Below, piece by piece: positions 42,367 through 52,408 of a stretch of DNA of 64,000 bases (position 1 is the stretch's first letter; the number at the start of each line of letters is the position of its first letter). A model generated the notes under the pieces. The model searched no databases. It saw only the letters and a list, made by a program, of their open reading frames with translations, and was not told the origin of the DNA. The DNA comes from an uncultured delta proteobacterium (lineage in GTDB: Bacteria; Myxococcota_A; Polyangia; Fen-1088), in the NCBI GenBank assembly GCA_963767925.1, contig CAVYGB010000008.1, positions 1,216,001 through 1,280,000 of the forward strand, read 5' to 3'. The translations under genes were made by a program, and so were the position numbers.

Positions 42367-42400
42367 CTGCCGCGCAGACCGCAGTCCCGGTCGACCGGCC

Positions 42401-43400
42401 TCACCTGGCCGTTCTGCCGGGGCGGCGGTGCGCACCGGCGATGGTCCGGGCCAGGGTCCGCAGGGCCTCGGCCACCGCGCTGCGAGGCCGGAACACGAGC
42501 CCGATGGTGCGGCCGGGAACCGGCTCCTCGAAACGGCGGATCTGCAGGGCGGGATCGCGCGCCTCGACCGGGACCGCCATCGCGGGCAACAGGGTGACGC
42601 CGGCCCCCGAGGCCACCATCTGCACGAGGGTGGGCAAGCTGGTGGCGCGGAAGCCGCTCTCCCGAGCCTGGCCGGCGGCGCAGACCTCCAGCGCCTGCGC
42701 GCGCAGGCAGTGTCCCTCGTCGAGCAGGAGCACCGGTGCGCCCGACAGCGCCGCCATCGTGAGGGGCGCCCGCCCCTGGGCCAGAGGGTGCCCCCGGGGC
42801 GCGCAGAGGACGAAGGGGTCATCGCCGATGGCGACCCGATCCAACCCCTCGAGGGGCGCCTCGAGGGCGACGAGCGCGCCGTCGAGCCGGCCCTCGCGCA
42901 GGGCAGCCGTGAGCTCGAGGGTGCGCCCCTCCTCCCAGAGGATCATGAGCTCGCGGTGGCTGTGCCGCAGGGCGGGCGTGATCCGGGGCAGCAGATAGGG
43001 CGCGATGGTGGGGATGACCCCCAGCCGGAGCGTCCCCGCCAACGGATCGCCGAGGCGGGCGCTCGCCACCAGCAGGTCGTCCGCGGCGAGGATGAGGCCG
43101 CGGGCCCGGGCCAGCAGGGCCTCCGCCGCCGGCGTGAGCAGCACCTGCCTTCGATCCCGATCGAACAGCTTCACGCCGAGGGCCCCCTCGGCCTGAGCCA
43201 CCTGCGCGCTCAACGAAGGCTGCGAGACCCGGCACAGAGCGGCCGCCCGGCGAAAGCTACGGCTGTCGGCCACCGCGACGAGGTACTGGAGCTGGCGCAG
43301 CGTGACCGGGTGGGGCGCAAACGCCGGAGCGGGGCCGGGAGGGGAAGGCCCAGAGAGGGGCGGGGCGTCGGGTCGTCGGGTGATAGGAAAGACCTATCAC
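42401..43400 (-). CDS. oxyR: Peroxide-sensing LysR regulator OxyR (start uncertain)
   Basis: HTH TLRQLQYLVAVADSRSFRRAA...SQPSLS; LGVIPTIAPYLLP; both redox cysteines in GHCLRAQALEVC; FRATSL. Confidence 0.88.
43380..43400. promoter_or_regulatory. OxyR-type operator
   Basis: GTGATAGG-aaaga-CCTATCAC: perfect 8-bp arms containing ATAG-N7-CTAT at the 5' end of oxyR. Confidence 0.75.
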
Positions 43401-43454
43401 AACCGGCTGGCCGAACGCTTCGACCCCGGCCTGAGCGGCCCGGCGGGCAAGACC

Positions 43455-45671
43455 TCAGTTGCCGGCCGCCGCCTGCCGCGATTCCTCGAAGCCCAGCAGC
43501 TTCTTGCGCAGGTCCTCGAGCCGGACCTGGTGGGCGGGATCGCGCGCCAGGTCGGTCTGCTGGCCCGGGTCGGCCGCCAGGTCGTGCAGCTCCCAGCGGC
43601 GGTCGGTGATCTTGTGGGTGATCTTGAAGGTCCCCTCCACCATCATCGTCTCGTGTTTCGGCCAGGCAGTGGCCGGCAACAGCTCGCCGAAGATGGGCCT
43701 CGGCGACAGAGGCTTGCCGTCCAGCGCGGGCAGCAGGCTGCGCCCCCGGAAGGAGGCCGGCGGCTCCAGCCCCACCAGATCGACGAGGGTGGCGCCCACG
43801 TCGACGAGCGCCACCGGATCGTTCACCACCACCGGCTTTTTGCCCGGCACCGCCACGATCAAGGGCACCCGGAGCTGCTCCTCGGTCAAGTCCTGGCCGT
43901 GAAAGTAGAACTTGTGCTCGCCCCAGGCCTCGCCGTGGTCGGCGAACACGACGACCGCGGTGTTGCGGCGCAGCCCGCTCTCGTCGAGGGCGGCGAGGAT
44001 CTTTCCGAACCACCCGTCCACGAAGGCGATCTCGTAGTCGTATTTCTCTTCCAGACCCTCCACCCCCCGCAGCGAGGTGGGGAACTCGGGATGCGACAGG
44101 TAGCTCGAGTGGGGCTCGAACAGGTGGGTCCAGAGGGCAAAACGTTCGCCCCTGGCCGCCGCCTGCTTGAGCCGGGCGATGACCCGCGGGACGATGCGGG
44201 GCGAGGCGACGTCCTTGTTGGACTCGGCGATGGTCCCGGCGCCGTCGTTGCTCCACTCGGCGAAGCCCTGGTTGAGGCCCCGGTCCGCCGAGAAGTAAAA
44301 GTGGGAGAACAGCCCCAGCGGGCGCAGGCCGGCGCCGGCGAGCTGCTCGAAGAAGGTCTCGTTGGCCGGAGCGATGGGCGAATAGTTCAGCGACCGCTGC
44401 ACCCAGGCCACCTCGGAGGGCAGCCGCCCGGTCAGCAGCGAGGGGAAGGAGCGAGGCGTGTTGGGGGCCTGCGACCAGGCCCGCGGGAAGTAGGCCCCCT
44501 GCTGGGCCAGGGTGTCCAGGTTGGGGGTGAGGGACCGGTTTCCGCGGCGCCGGTAGCCGGCCACGCCCAGCCGATCGGCCCGCAGGGCGTCGATGCTGAC
44601 GATGAGGATGTTGCCGCCGAACGCCTCTCCAGCGCGGCGGCGGGGAGGCGTGGGGGTGCCGGTGGCGCCGGTGGCGCTCGCGGAAGCCGGCGTGACCGCC
44701 AAAGCGGTAGCGTCGCCCCCCTCGCAGTTCTGGTCGATGCCGTCGCGGGGCACATCGCTGGCCCCCGGGTAGGTGTCGGGTCTCCGGTCGTCGCAGTCCC
44801 CACCGCCGAAGCTGGCCGAATAGCCGTCACCGTCGCCGTCGGTGAGCGTGCGGGCCGTGCCGAGCCCCAGGCGCATGCCCAGGCTGCCATCTTCGAGGGC
44901 CCGGAAGGCGGCCGAACCCTCCGGGACGCGGGCCGCAGCCACCACGAACCCGACGACGAGCCCCACCACCGCCACCCGGATGGCCATGCGGGTCCGTCCG
45001 GCTGGATGGGCAGGGGGCCGGGCCTGCCCGTACCAGAACACGAAGTGGGCGACCCCCAGGGCGAGCGCGAGGCCGGTGGCCTTGACCGGCCCCAGATCGA
45101 GCACCCGCCAGTCGGCCTGGGAGAGCGCCAGCACGACGGCCACCACGCCCAGGAGGACCAGCAGGAGGGCCAGCAGGCTCAGGCGGCTGAGCCGGGCCGG
45201 CCGGGGCAGGCGGCCCACCAGGGCCATCGCGGGACGGCGCAGGGCCAGCGCCACCAGGGCCGCCGGCGCGACCGCCAGCAGGGTGACCCCGAAGGTCGCG
45301 ATGGCGGCGAGCGTCCGGCTGTGCATCTTCGCCACGAACAGCACATGCGCAGCGGCGCAGAGGGCCCCCAGCACCCCGGCCCCGATCGCCCCCAGCAGCA
45401 AGGCCGCCGCCAGCCTCGTGTCGAGCTCGGCCTGCTCCGCCCCCGCTCTGGCCTCCCGCAGCGCGCCCGCGACGACCGCGGCGGTCCAGCCGAGGAGGGC
45501 GGCCAGCACCAGCCCCGCGGCCCCGTACAGCCCGATGGTGAGGAAGGTCGCGTCGGCGACCGGGACGCCCTGACCGCGGGCCAGCACCAGGACCAGATCG
45601 ACAAGGCCTGCCCCCAGCAGCCCGGCCAGGGTCGAGGCAGCCACCGAGAGCGTCAGCCAGCGCGCGAGCAT
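43455..45671 (-). CDS. Membrane-anchored sulfatase-like (alkaline phosphatase superfamily) protein with a MopE-like Cys/Asp motif
   Basis: About 7 N-terminal TM helices; DGDGDGY...DCDD...PGASDVPRDGIDQNC; NILIVSIDALRAD, EPH, FADHGE. Confidence 0.85.
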   Translation of the reverse strand: MLARWLTLSVAASTLAGLLGAGLVDLVLVLARGQGVPVADATFLTIGLYGAAGLVLAALLGWTAAVVAGALREARAGAEQAELDTRLAAALLLGAIGAGVLGALCAAAHVLFVAKMHSRTLAAIATFGVTLLAVAPAALVALALRRPAMALVGRLPRPARLSRLSLLALLLVLLGVVAVVLALSQADWRVLDLGPVKATGLALALGVAHFVFWYGQARPPAHPAGRTRMAIRVAVVGLVVGFVVAAARVPEGSAAFRALEDGSLGMRLGLGTARTLTDGDGDGYSASFGGGDCDDRRPDTYPGASDVPRDGIDQNCEGGDATALAVTPASASATGATGTPTPPRRRAGEAFGGNILIVSIDALRADRLGVAGYRRRGNRSLTPNLDTLAQQGAYFPRAWSQAPNTPRSFPSLLTGRLPSEVAWVQRSLNYSPIAPANETFFEQLAGAGLRPLGLFSHFYFSADRGLNQGFAEWSNDGAGTIAESNKDVASPRIVPRVIARLKQAAARGERFALWTHLFEPHSSYLSHPEFPTSLRGVEGLEEKYDYEIAFVDGWFGKILAALDESGLRRNTAVVVFADHGEAWGEHKFYFHGQDLTEEQLRVPLIVAVPGKKPVVVNDPVALVDVGATLVDLVGLEPPASFRGRSLLPALDGKPLSPRPIFGELLPATAWPKHETMMVEGTFKITHKITDRRWELHDLAADPGQQTDLARDPAHQVRLEDLRKKLLGFEESRQAAAGN

Positions 45672-45791
45672 CCCAGGCCATTAGCATGGCCCATCCGACC
45701 GGAAAAGGTGAAGGGGCCAGTCGGCCACCGGCTGACGAGGCACCCTTGACGTTGCCGATTACGCGCGATATCTCCCGGCTCCTTGCCGCGC

Positions 45792-48098
45792 ATGCCTAGC
45801 CCCATCCAGTCTGCCGGTCGTCGGTTCGCCGTCCTGCTCGCCATGGGGGGGGCTGCCGCCTCGCTGGCATGTTCGGAGGGGCTGCTGCAAGGGGCCGAGA
45901 CCGCCCGTGAGAACGGGGCCCCGGGGGCCAGGCAACCCACCGCCGTGTCCCTCGAGGGGCACCGGAGCGCCTTCGACTTCGCGGTCAACCGCGCCCACGG
46001 CCTCGAGTACCACGGGGGCCGACTGGTCATCGATGCCGGCGGCCTGAGCTTCCCCAAGTTCGTCGACGGCGGCTGGAAGACCTCTTTCATCCTCGGTGGA
46101 CGCGACGAGGGGCGGCCCGCCGCCCTCGTGTCGGGGCTCTCGGGGGTGTTTTTCCTGCCCATCGACGGCGACGGCGACGGGCCGGGGCCCGCCGGCGCCG
46201 ACCTGGCGCTGACCTTGACCCTGCGGTCCCGGGCGCCCAACCAGCGCTTGACGGTATTCGTCAACGAGAAGCAGGCCGGCACGGTGGAGGTCGGGAACAC
46301 CTGGGCGGATCACGCCGTCGCGCTGCCGGCGGGGGCGTTGCAGGCCGGCGAGAACCGCGTCCGCCTGACCTTCCGATCGTCGGCCTCCCTGCCCGGCGGC
46401 CGGCGCAGCCCCGCCGCCCTGGCCCGGATCGTCCTCGGGCCCGCCCAGCAAGAGGCGCCCCCTCCCGAAAAGCCGGCGCTCGACCCGGCGGAGCAGACCC
46501 TGGGGGGCGCGACGAAGCGGGCCTTCGTCCTCCCGGGCCCCGGGCGGCTGTCGTTCTTCGTGCAGGTCCCCGCCGCGGGCAAGCTCGCGCTGGCCTTCGG
46601 CGCCCCCGCCGCCGGCGCGACGGTGGCGGTGCGGATCGCCCGGGACGGCGCCGCCACCCGCACGCTGTTCGATGGACCGGTGGCCGAGGGGCGCTTCACC
46701 GAGGCGGCCTGGGACCTCTCCGCCGAAGCGGGCAAGGCGGTCCGGGTCGACCTGGTGGGCCGGACGGGCGCGACGGTCTGGGGCACGCCCCGGCTGATGG
46801 TCCCGGCGCCCGCCGCGGCGCCCCTGCCCGAAAAGCGCTTCACCCGGATCTTCGTCTGGATGGTGGACACGCTCCGGGCCGACAAGGTCCGGGTGTACAA
46901 CCCAAAGACCCGCGTCGAGACGCCGAACTACGACGCCTTCGCCGCCGAAGCCACCCGCTTCGCCTGGGCGCACGTCCCGGGCACCTGGTCGCTCCCCTCG
47001 CACGCCTCGATCCTGACCGGCGTCTACCCCACCATCCACAAGGCGGTGGCGCACGAGGCCCGGCTGTCGCGAGAGGTTCCTTTCCTCGCCGAGCTCCTGA
47101 AGAAGGGCGGCTACCGGACCGCGCTCTTCTCCTCGAACGGCTACGTCTCGGGCAAGTGGGGCTTCGATCGGGGTTGGGACGAGATCCGCAACTTCATTCG
47201 CGAGAGCTTGCCCAACGGTGCCGACTATCTATGGAAGACGGCCGCCACCTGGATGGATGCCCCGGCCAACCGGGAAAAGCCCCAGTTCCTGTACCTGGCC
47301 ACCATCGAGCCGCACGTCATCTACAACCCCAAGAAGGAGTTCCTGGCCAGGTACTGGCAGAAACCCTACCGGGGCCCGATCCGTCCGAACATCAGCGGCG
47401 TCCAGCTCGGCCAGATCAAGTCGGGCAAGCTCAAGATCGACGACAACGACAAGGCTTACCTCGAGGCGCTCCACGACGCCGAGATCACCCAAAGCGACAC
47501 CCTGTTCGGGGCCTTCATCGCCGATCTCAAGAAGCGGGAGATCTACGACAGCTCGGTGGTTGTCGTGGTCTCGGATCACGGCGACGAGTTCTGGGAGCAC
47601 GGCGACGTCGGGCACGCTCAGGGCGTGTACCAGGAGCTGGTGCACATCCCGCTCATCGTCCGGGCCCCCGGCGTGCTCCCGACGGGCAAGGTGGTCGAGG
47701 CCGACGTCGAGGCCATGGACCTGTTTCCCACGCTGCTCGATCTGTCGGGCCAGGCGGTGCCCCGGGGGACCCAGGGCAGCTCGCTGCTGCCGCTGGTCCA
47801 GGACGAGGTGGCCCACAGCCCCCGGGCTGCCCTCAGCCAGAACCTCGGCCAGACCCGGGGGATGAAGGTCGCGCGCTACCGGTTCATCCACGGCGGCCTC
47901 GATCGGGTCGAGCTCTACGACGAGCTGGACGATCCGCTCGAGCAGAAGAACCTCGCCGCCACCCACCCCATCGCCCTGCGGACGCTGCGCAACGTCTTCG
48001 GGTTGCTCTACCGCTTCGAGGACCGCTGGCGCAAGGCAGCCTGGGGGACGGCGGCCAATCTCAACGACGTGTTTTATGGCGAAGTGGCGAGCCCGTGA
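45792..48098 (+). CDS. Sulfatase-like lipoprotein with N-terminal beta-rich domains
   Basis: Lipobox SLAC; VDTLRAD, WSLPSHASILTG, EPH, SDHGDEFWEHG, HIPLIV, ELYD. Confidence 0.85.
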   Translation: MPSPIQSAGRRFAVLLAMGGAAASLACSEGLLQGAETARENGAPGARQPTAVSLEGHRSAFDFAVNRAHGLEYHGGRLVIDAGGLSFPKFVDGGWKTSFILGGRDEGRPAALVSGLSGVFFLPIDGDGDGPGPAGADLALTLTLRSRAPNQRLTVFVNEKQAGTVEVGNTWADHAVALPAGALQAGENRVRLTFRSSASLPGGRRSPAALARIVLGPAQQEAPPPEKPALDPAEQTLGGATKRAFVLPGPGRLSFFVQVPAAGKLALAFGAPAAGATVAVRIARDGAATRTLFDGPVAEGRFTEAAWDLSAEAGKAVRVDLVGRTGATVWGTPRLMVPAPAAAPLPEKRFTRIFVWMVDTLRADKVRVYNPKTRVETPNYDAFAAEATRFAWAHVPGTWSLPSHASILTGVYPTIHKAVAHEARLSREVPFLAELLKKGGYRTALFSSNGYVSGKWGFDRGWDEIRNFIRESLPNGADYLWKTAATWMDAPANREKPQFLYLATIEPHVIYNPKKEFLARYWQKPYRGPIRPNISGVQLGQIKSGKLKIDDNDKAYLEALHDAEITQSDTLFGAFIADLKKREIYDSSVVVVVSDHGDEFWEHGDVGHAQGVYQELVHIPLIVRAPGVLPTGKVVEADVEAMDLFPTLLDLSGQAVPRGTQGSSLLPLVQDEVAHSPRAALSQNLGQTRGMKVARYRFIHGGLDRVELYDELDDPLEQKNLAATHPIALRTLRNVFGLLYRFEDRWRKAAWGTAANLNDVFYGEVASP

Positions 48099-48132
48099 TG
48101 GTGTCAGGTACGCAAGCACAAGGAGGATCGAC

Positions 48133-49542
48133 GTGCGCAAGACACGAAGCACTTTTGTGATCGCGCTGGCGATGGCCCTCGGTTCCGGGAGCATGCAGCC
48201 GCTGTCGGCCCAGGAGAAGAAGATCCGGATCGTGACCCTCGATCCGGGGCATTTTCACGCCGCGCTCCCCCACCGCGAGAGTTACCCCGATGTCGACCCC
48301 CGCGTGAACGTGTACGCGCCGCTGGGCTCCGATCTCATCGAGCACCTGAAGCGGATGACCCGCTTCAACCTCCGCCCGGAGAACCCGACCGCCTGGCGGC
48401 TCGAGGTGCACACCGGCCCCGACTTCCTCGAGCGCTTCCGCAAGGAGCGGGCGGGGAACGTCGTTGTCATCTCGGGCAAGAACCGGAGCAAGATCGATTA
48501 CATCCAGAACGCCGTCACCTCGGGCTTCCACGCCCTCGTCGACAAGCCCTGGATCCTGCGCTCGGAGGACCTGCCGAAGCTGAAGGCAGCGCTCGATCTC
48601 GCCCAGAAGAAGGGGCGGATCGCCTTCGACATGATGACCGAGCGGTTCGAGATCACGACCTTGCTCCAGAAGGAGCTGGTCAACGATCCCGAGGTCTTCG
48701 GCAAGGTGGAGCCGGGCAGCCCCCAGCAGCCGAGCGTCTACATGGAGAGCGTCCACCACCTCATGAAGACGGTGGCGGGCGCCCCCAACCTGCGGCCCAC
48801 CTGGTTCTTCGATCGCGAGGAGCAGGGCGAGGGGGTCAACGACATCGGCACCCACCTCGTGGACCTGGTGCCCTGGACGCTCTGGCCCGGGCAGGGGATC
48901 GAGCCCGAAAAGGAGGTCCAGGTCCTGTCGGCCCAGCGCTGGCCCACGCTCATCAACCGGGCGAGCTTTCAGCGGGTGACGGGGGAGAAGGACTTCCCGG
49001 CCGACCTCAAGAAGGACGTCAAGGACGACACCCTCGAGTACTTCTGCAACACGCTGGTCACCTATTCGGTCCGGGGCGTGCACACGAAGCTCAACATCAT
49101 CTGGGACTGGGAAGCCCCCGCCGGCGGCGATACCCACTTCGCCTATTACCGCGGCAGCAAGGCCCGCATCGAGGTCCGCCAGGGCAAGACGGAGCGCTAC
49201 CGCCCCGAGACCTACGTGGTGCCCAACGATGCCAAGGACCGGGCCACGATCCTGGCGGCGGTGAACAAGCGCCTGGCGACCCTGCAGGCCAAATATCCAG
49301 GTGTGATCGCCGAGGAGCGCGGCGCCGACATTCTCCTCCGCATCCCCGACAAGCTCCGCACCACCCACGAGGAGCACTTCGCCGAGGTGGCCCGCGCCTT
49401 CTTCGGATACATCAAGAATCCGAAGAGCGTGCCCGCCTGGGAAAAGCAGCACATGCTCGCCAAATATTACGTCACCACGAAGGCCGCCGACCTCAGCCGC
49501 GAAGGCCCGGTGAAGGTGGCCGAGCGCATCGCCCCCAAATAG
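48133..49542 (+). CDS. Exported Gfo/Idh/MocA-related oxidoreductase
   Basis: AGGAGG ribosome-binding site; signal peptide; LDPGHFHAAL, VDKPW, DMMTERFE, DIGTHLVDL. Confidence 0.75.
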   Translation: MRKTRSTFVIALAMALGSGSMQPLSAQEKKIRIVTLDPGHFHAALPHRESYPDVDPRVNVYAPLGSDLIEHLKRMTRFNLRPENPTAWRLEVHTGPDFLERFRKERAGNVVVISGKNRSKIDYIQNAVTSGFHALVDKPWILRSEDLPKLKAALDLAQKKGRIAFDMMTERFEITTLLQKELVNDPEVFGKVEPGSPQQPSVYMESVHHLMKTVAGAPNLRPTWFFDREEQGEGVNDIGTHLVDLVPWTLWPGQGIEPEKEVQVLSAQRWPTLINRASFQRVTGEKDFPADLKKDVKDDTLEYFCNTLVTYSVRGVHTKLNIIWDWEAPAGGDTHFAYYRGSKARIEVRQGKTERYRPETYVVPNDAKDRATILAAVNKRLATLQAKYPGVIAEERGADILLRIPDKLRTTHEEHFAEVARAFFGYIKNPKSVPAWEKQHMLAKYYVTTKAADLSREGPVKVAERIAPK

Positions 49543-49633
49543 CCGGGCGAGCAGTCGCGCTCGCAGGCGAACACCCGGCGGACCGGTTCCCGGGGGGAGG
49601 TGGTCGGCCGGGCCTTCTCGCGTTCCGTTGCCT

Positions 49634-51160
49634 TCAGTCGTAGTAGCCGTCGAGGAACCAGCCCCCGCTGTTGCGTTCCTGGTGCAGGCGGTAGACCGCG
49701 CCGTCCGAGGCGTGGACGTCCCAGTAGTCCCGGGAGAAGACCTCCTCGCTCCACCATTCGCCGCTCGATCGATAGGGCCCCGCGGCAACCAGCACCCGGG
49801 CGACGAGGTGCTCACCTCGGAGCGCCGCCGGGCCATCTCGATCCACGAGCACCTCGAGCGGCCGGGGCGGGCGGAAGCGCCGGAAGCCGAGCATCCCCTC
49901 GCGGGGCTCGGCCATCGGATTGTCCCGGGAGGGTCCGGGCTCGTACCGCTGCAGGGACACCGCCTCCTCGCGGAACGTGTCCACCAGGGCGGGGGCCCCC
50001 ACGTTCTCCGGGCCCACCAGCGCGCCGAGACGGGCCAGGGTGGCCGCCATCTGCTCGGGTGCCGGACCGGGCGGCCGCCACAGATCGAGCTGGCTCGCGC
50101 GCACGCGCGCCGGCAACACGAGGCCGAGCAGGCCCACCACGGGGGCCGGGGGCGGCCGTCGCGCGAGATCCAGGCGCACGAGTTGCAACAGCGTCGCCGA
50201 ATCGCGGGTGGGGGCGGCGAGGGGGATCTCGCGAACGTCGAACCCGCGGGGGTCGAGCTTGAGCCGCAACCCCAGCCCGGCGCAGGCCAGGCCGCGGCAG
50301 GAGAGTCGAGCCAGCGCCCGATCGAGCAGGCCGCGCAGCACGAACGCCAGCGGCTCGATCTCGAAGATCGGGTAGTCGAGGTCGGTCCCCTCTTCGAGCG
50401 CGTCGGGCGGGAGCTGGGGGCTGAACAGCTCCTCGGCCCGGCCACAGGCCAGGGCGTGCAGCCAGGCCCCCGCCCGTCCCAGCCGCACCGTCACCTCGTC
50501 TCCGGGCAAGGCCGCCACCGCCGCCAGGGTCTTGATCCCCCAGCGCTGCAGGCGGGCGACGATCTCGCTCGTCTCCTCGGCCAGCTCGGCCGGTACCCCC
50601 GCCTGCAGCGCGGTCTCGACCGGCAAGGGGGCGAGAAAAGCCCGCGCCGGCTCGCGACCCGAGGGCACCAGCGCGATGTCCGCCGACTGGGCCGCCACCC
50701 GCGCCACCGCCGCCGAAGCGGCGATCCCCACCTGGACCAGCAGGCCCACCCGCCCGGCCTGGGCGGCGATGGCCTGGGCGATGGCCCTCTCCCCCTGGGG
50801 GTAGAGCTGCTCCAGCTCACCGACCGCGAGGAACAGGCGGCTGCTCTCGCTCTGCACGCGCGGGGCGAAGGCGTACCCCACATCGGCCAGCGCCGCCGCC
50901 GCCGCCGCCGTGTCGCTCGTCGACTGCGGGACCACGAGCAGCTTCCTGGTCCCGAGCAAGCCGCTCGACACCGCGCGGGCCTGGCTCACCGTCTGCCCCA
51001 CCCGTACCCCGGCCCGACGGGCCGGGTCGCTGGCAGCCAGGATGCGCGCCCGCTCTCCCGGTCCTTCGGCCAGCGCGACAGGCTCGTTCCGCCGCTCCGG
51101 ATCGCGGCGCAAGATCGCCTGCAACGCGAGCTGGGGCACATAGACGCAAGCAATCCGCAT
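49634..51160 (-). CDS. imuB: ImuB, inactive Y-family polymerase
   Basis: MRIACVYVP, ARRAGVRVGQTVSQA, FAPRV, RLQRWGIKTL, C-terminal GPYRSSGEWW...RDYW...WFLDGYYD. Confidence 0.9.
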   Translation of the reverse strand: MRIACVYVPQLALQAILRRDPERRNEPVALAEGPGERARILAASDPARRAGVRVGQTVSQARAVSSGLLGTRKLLVVPQSTSDTAAAAAALADVGYAFAPRVQSESSRLFLAVGELEQLYPQGERAIAQAIAAQAGRVGLLVQVGIAASAAVARVAAQSADIALVPSGREPARAFLAPLPVETALQAGVPAELAEETSEIVARLQRWGIKTLAAVAALPGDEVTVRLGRAGAWLHALACGRAEELFSPQLPPDALEEGTDLDYPIFEIEPLAFVLRGLLDRALARLSCRGLACAGLGLRLKLDPRGFDVREIPLAAPTRDSATLLQLVRLDLARRPPPAPVVGLLGLVLPARVRASQLDLWRPPGPAPEQMAATLARLGALVGPENVGAPALVDTFREEAVSLQRYEPGPSRDNPMAEPREGMLGFRRFRPPRPLEVLVDRDGPAALRGEHLVARVLVAAGPYRSSGEWWSEEVFSRDYWDVHASDGAVYRLHQERNSGGWFLDGYYD

Positions 51161-51169
51161 GACCCAGGC

Positions 51170-51895
51170 TCACAGCGCGTGCCGGAGATGCAGCGGGGCG
51201 CTCCGGTCGGCGGCGTCGGTCCGGTGTCTCTCGCCACCGAGGTTGCGCCCCACCACCGGCTGGACCTGCAGCCCCTCGAGCGAGGCGGGCGCCAGCGGGT
51301 CGGGTCGATGAAACCGCGGCCGCGCCTCGGTGAGCGCCACCGAGGCCGTCCCGAGTAGCCCGGGCAGGGGCCGGAGCGCCGCCGCCAGCACCACCGTCCC
51401 CGGCGCCCCCGCGACCCGGCGCAGCCGCAACCAGGCCGCGCCGGGGATGACGGGGGTGCGCTCGCCAAAATCGAGCACCAGCAGCCCGAACCCACCCGCC
51501 GCCACGATCGCCTCCGCCGCCGCCAGCAGCCGCAGCGGTCCGGCGTTGTGTCGGACCAGCCCGGTCCGGGGGGCGCCGCGCACCCAGAGCAGCCGCTCGA
51601 GCGGGACACCGAGGCGGTGGGCGGCGCGGGGATCGAAGGCGCCCTCGAAGTCGACCAGCGCCGCCGCTTCCCCCCTGGTGAGCGCGGCTGCCAGGGACGC
51701 CAGCAGCACCGCGGTGCGCCCGTGTCCCCGGGGACCACACAGCTCCGACACGGCCCCCCGGGGCCAGCCCCCCCCCAGCCGCGCGTCCAGCGCTGCAACG
51801 CCCGTGGTCAGGCGCTGGCGCCGCTCGCGGGCTTCGAGCTCGCGGGCCGGCACCAGGTGCCCGGCCAGACCCGCTATCGACACCCCCGAGGACAT
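51170..51895 (-). CDS. imuA: ImuA, RecA-like mutasome component
   Basis: TTGVAALDARLGGGWPRGAVSELCGPRGHGRT, ALVD, RLLWVR, LLVLDF, AWLRL. Confidence 0.88.
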   Translation of the reverse strand: MSSGVSIAGLAGHLVPARELEARERRQRLTTGVAALDARLGGGWPRGAVSELCGPRGHGRTAVLLASLAAALTRGEAAALVDFEGAFDPRAAHRLGVPLERLLWVRGAPRTGLVRHNAGPLRLLAAAEAIVAAGGFGLLVLDFGERTPVIPGAAWLRLRRVAGAPGTVVLAAALRPLPGLLGTASVALTEARPRFHRPDPLAPASLEGLQVQPVVGRNLGGERHRTDAADRSAPLHLRHAL

Positions 51896-51908
51896 CTCGA
51901 AGATCGAT

Positions 51909-51928
51909 ACCTGAACTTTCGTTCAGGT
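51909..51928. promoter_or_regulatory. LexA (SOS) box upstream of imuAB
   Basis: ACCTGAAC-tttc-GTTCAGGT, perfect 8-bp arms, close to the Myxococcus CTRHAM-N4-GTTCAG consensus, 13 nt from the imuA start. Confidence 0.85.
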
Positions 51929-51979
51929 TCAAGGCGAGGGCGAACGCTGCCGAGCCAGGCGCTCGATATCCTTGGATTC

Positions 51980-52408
51980 TTAGGGCAAACCCGCCGCGAA
52001 GGTGTCGATCTCTGGCGGCAAGACATCGCGCATGACCCGGACCTCCAGGGCGAGGTCGGCGTCGGGATCGAGGTCCGTCTCGGTCTCGCCGTAGCCCAGG
52101 GAGGCGCCCTGGGAATCACGCGGCGCCACCCCGATCTTCAACGTGCCGGGATCATCCGCGGAGAAGCTCACCGAGAAGTCGATCGAGTCGGTGGCGGAGA
52201 TCCGATACGGCCCGCCCGGAGATCGCGGGTAGTAGAGCGTGTCCTTGCGCTCGGGCCCACCGGCCGGAGTCTCGGTGATCTGGACCTGGAACTGCGCCAC
52301 GTAGGCGAGATCACCGCCCGCCGATCGGACCGTCACCACGGCGAACGTCTCACCGCTCGAGCAACCCGCCGCGAGCAGGAGGCAGGCGAGGACCGCCGGG
52401 ACCCTCAC
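51980..52408 (-). CDS. Hypothetical lipoprotein
   Basis: GTG overlaps the upstream TGA; VLACLLLAAGC lipobox; beta-rich body. Confidence 0.65.
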   Translation of the reverse strand: MRVPAVLACLLLAAGCSSGETFAVVTVRSAGGDLAYVAQFQVQITETPAGGPERKDTLYYPRSPGGPYRISATDSIDFSVSFSADDPGTLKIGVAPRDSQGASLGYGETETDLDPDADLALEVRVMRDVLPPEIDTFAAGLP

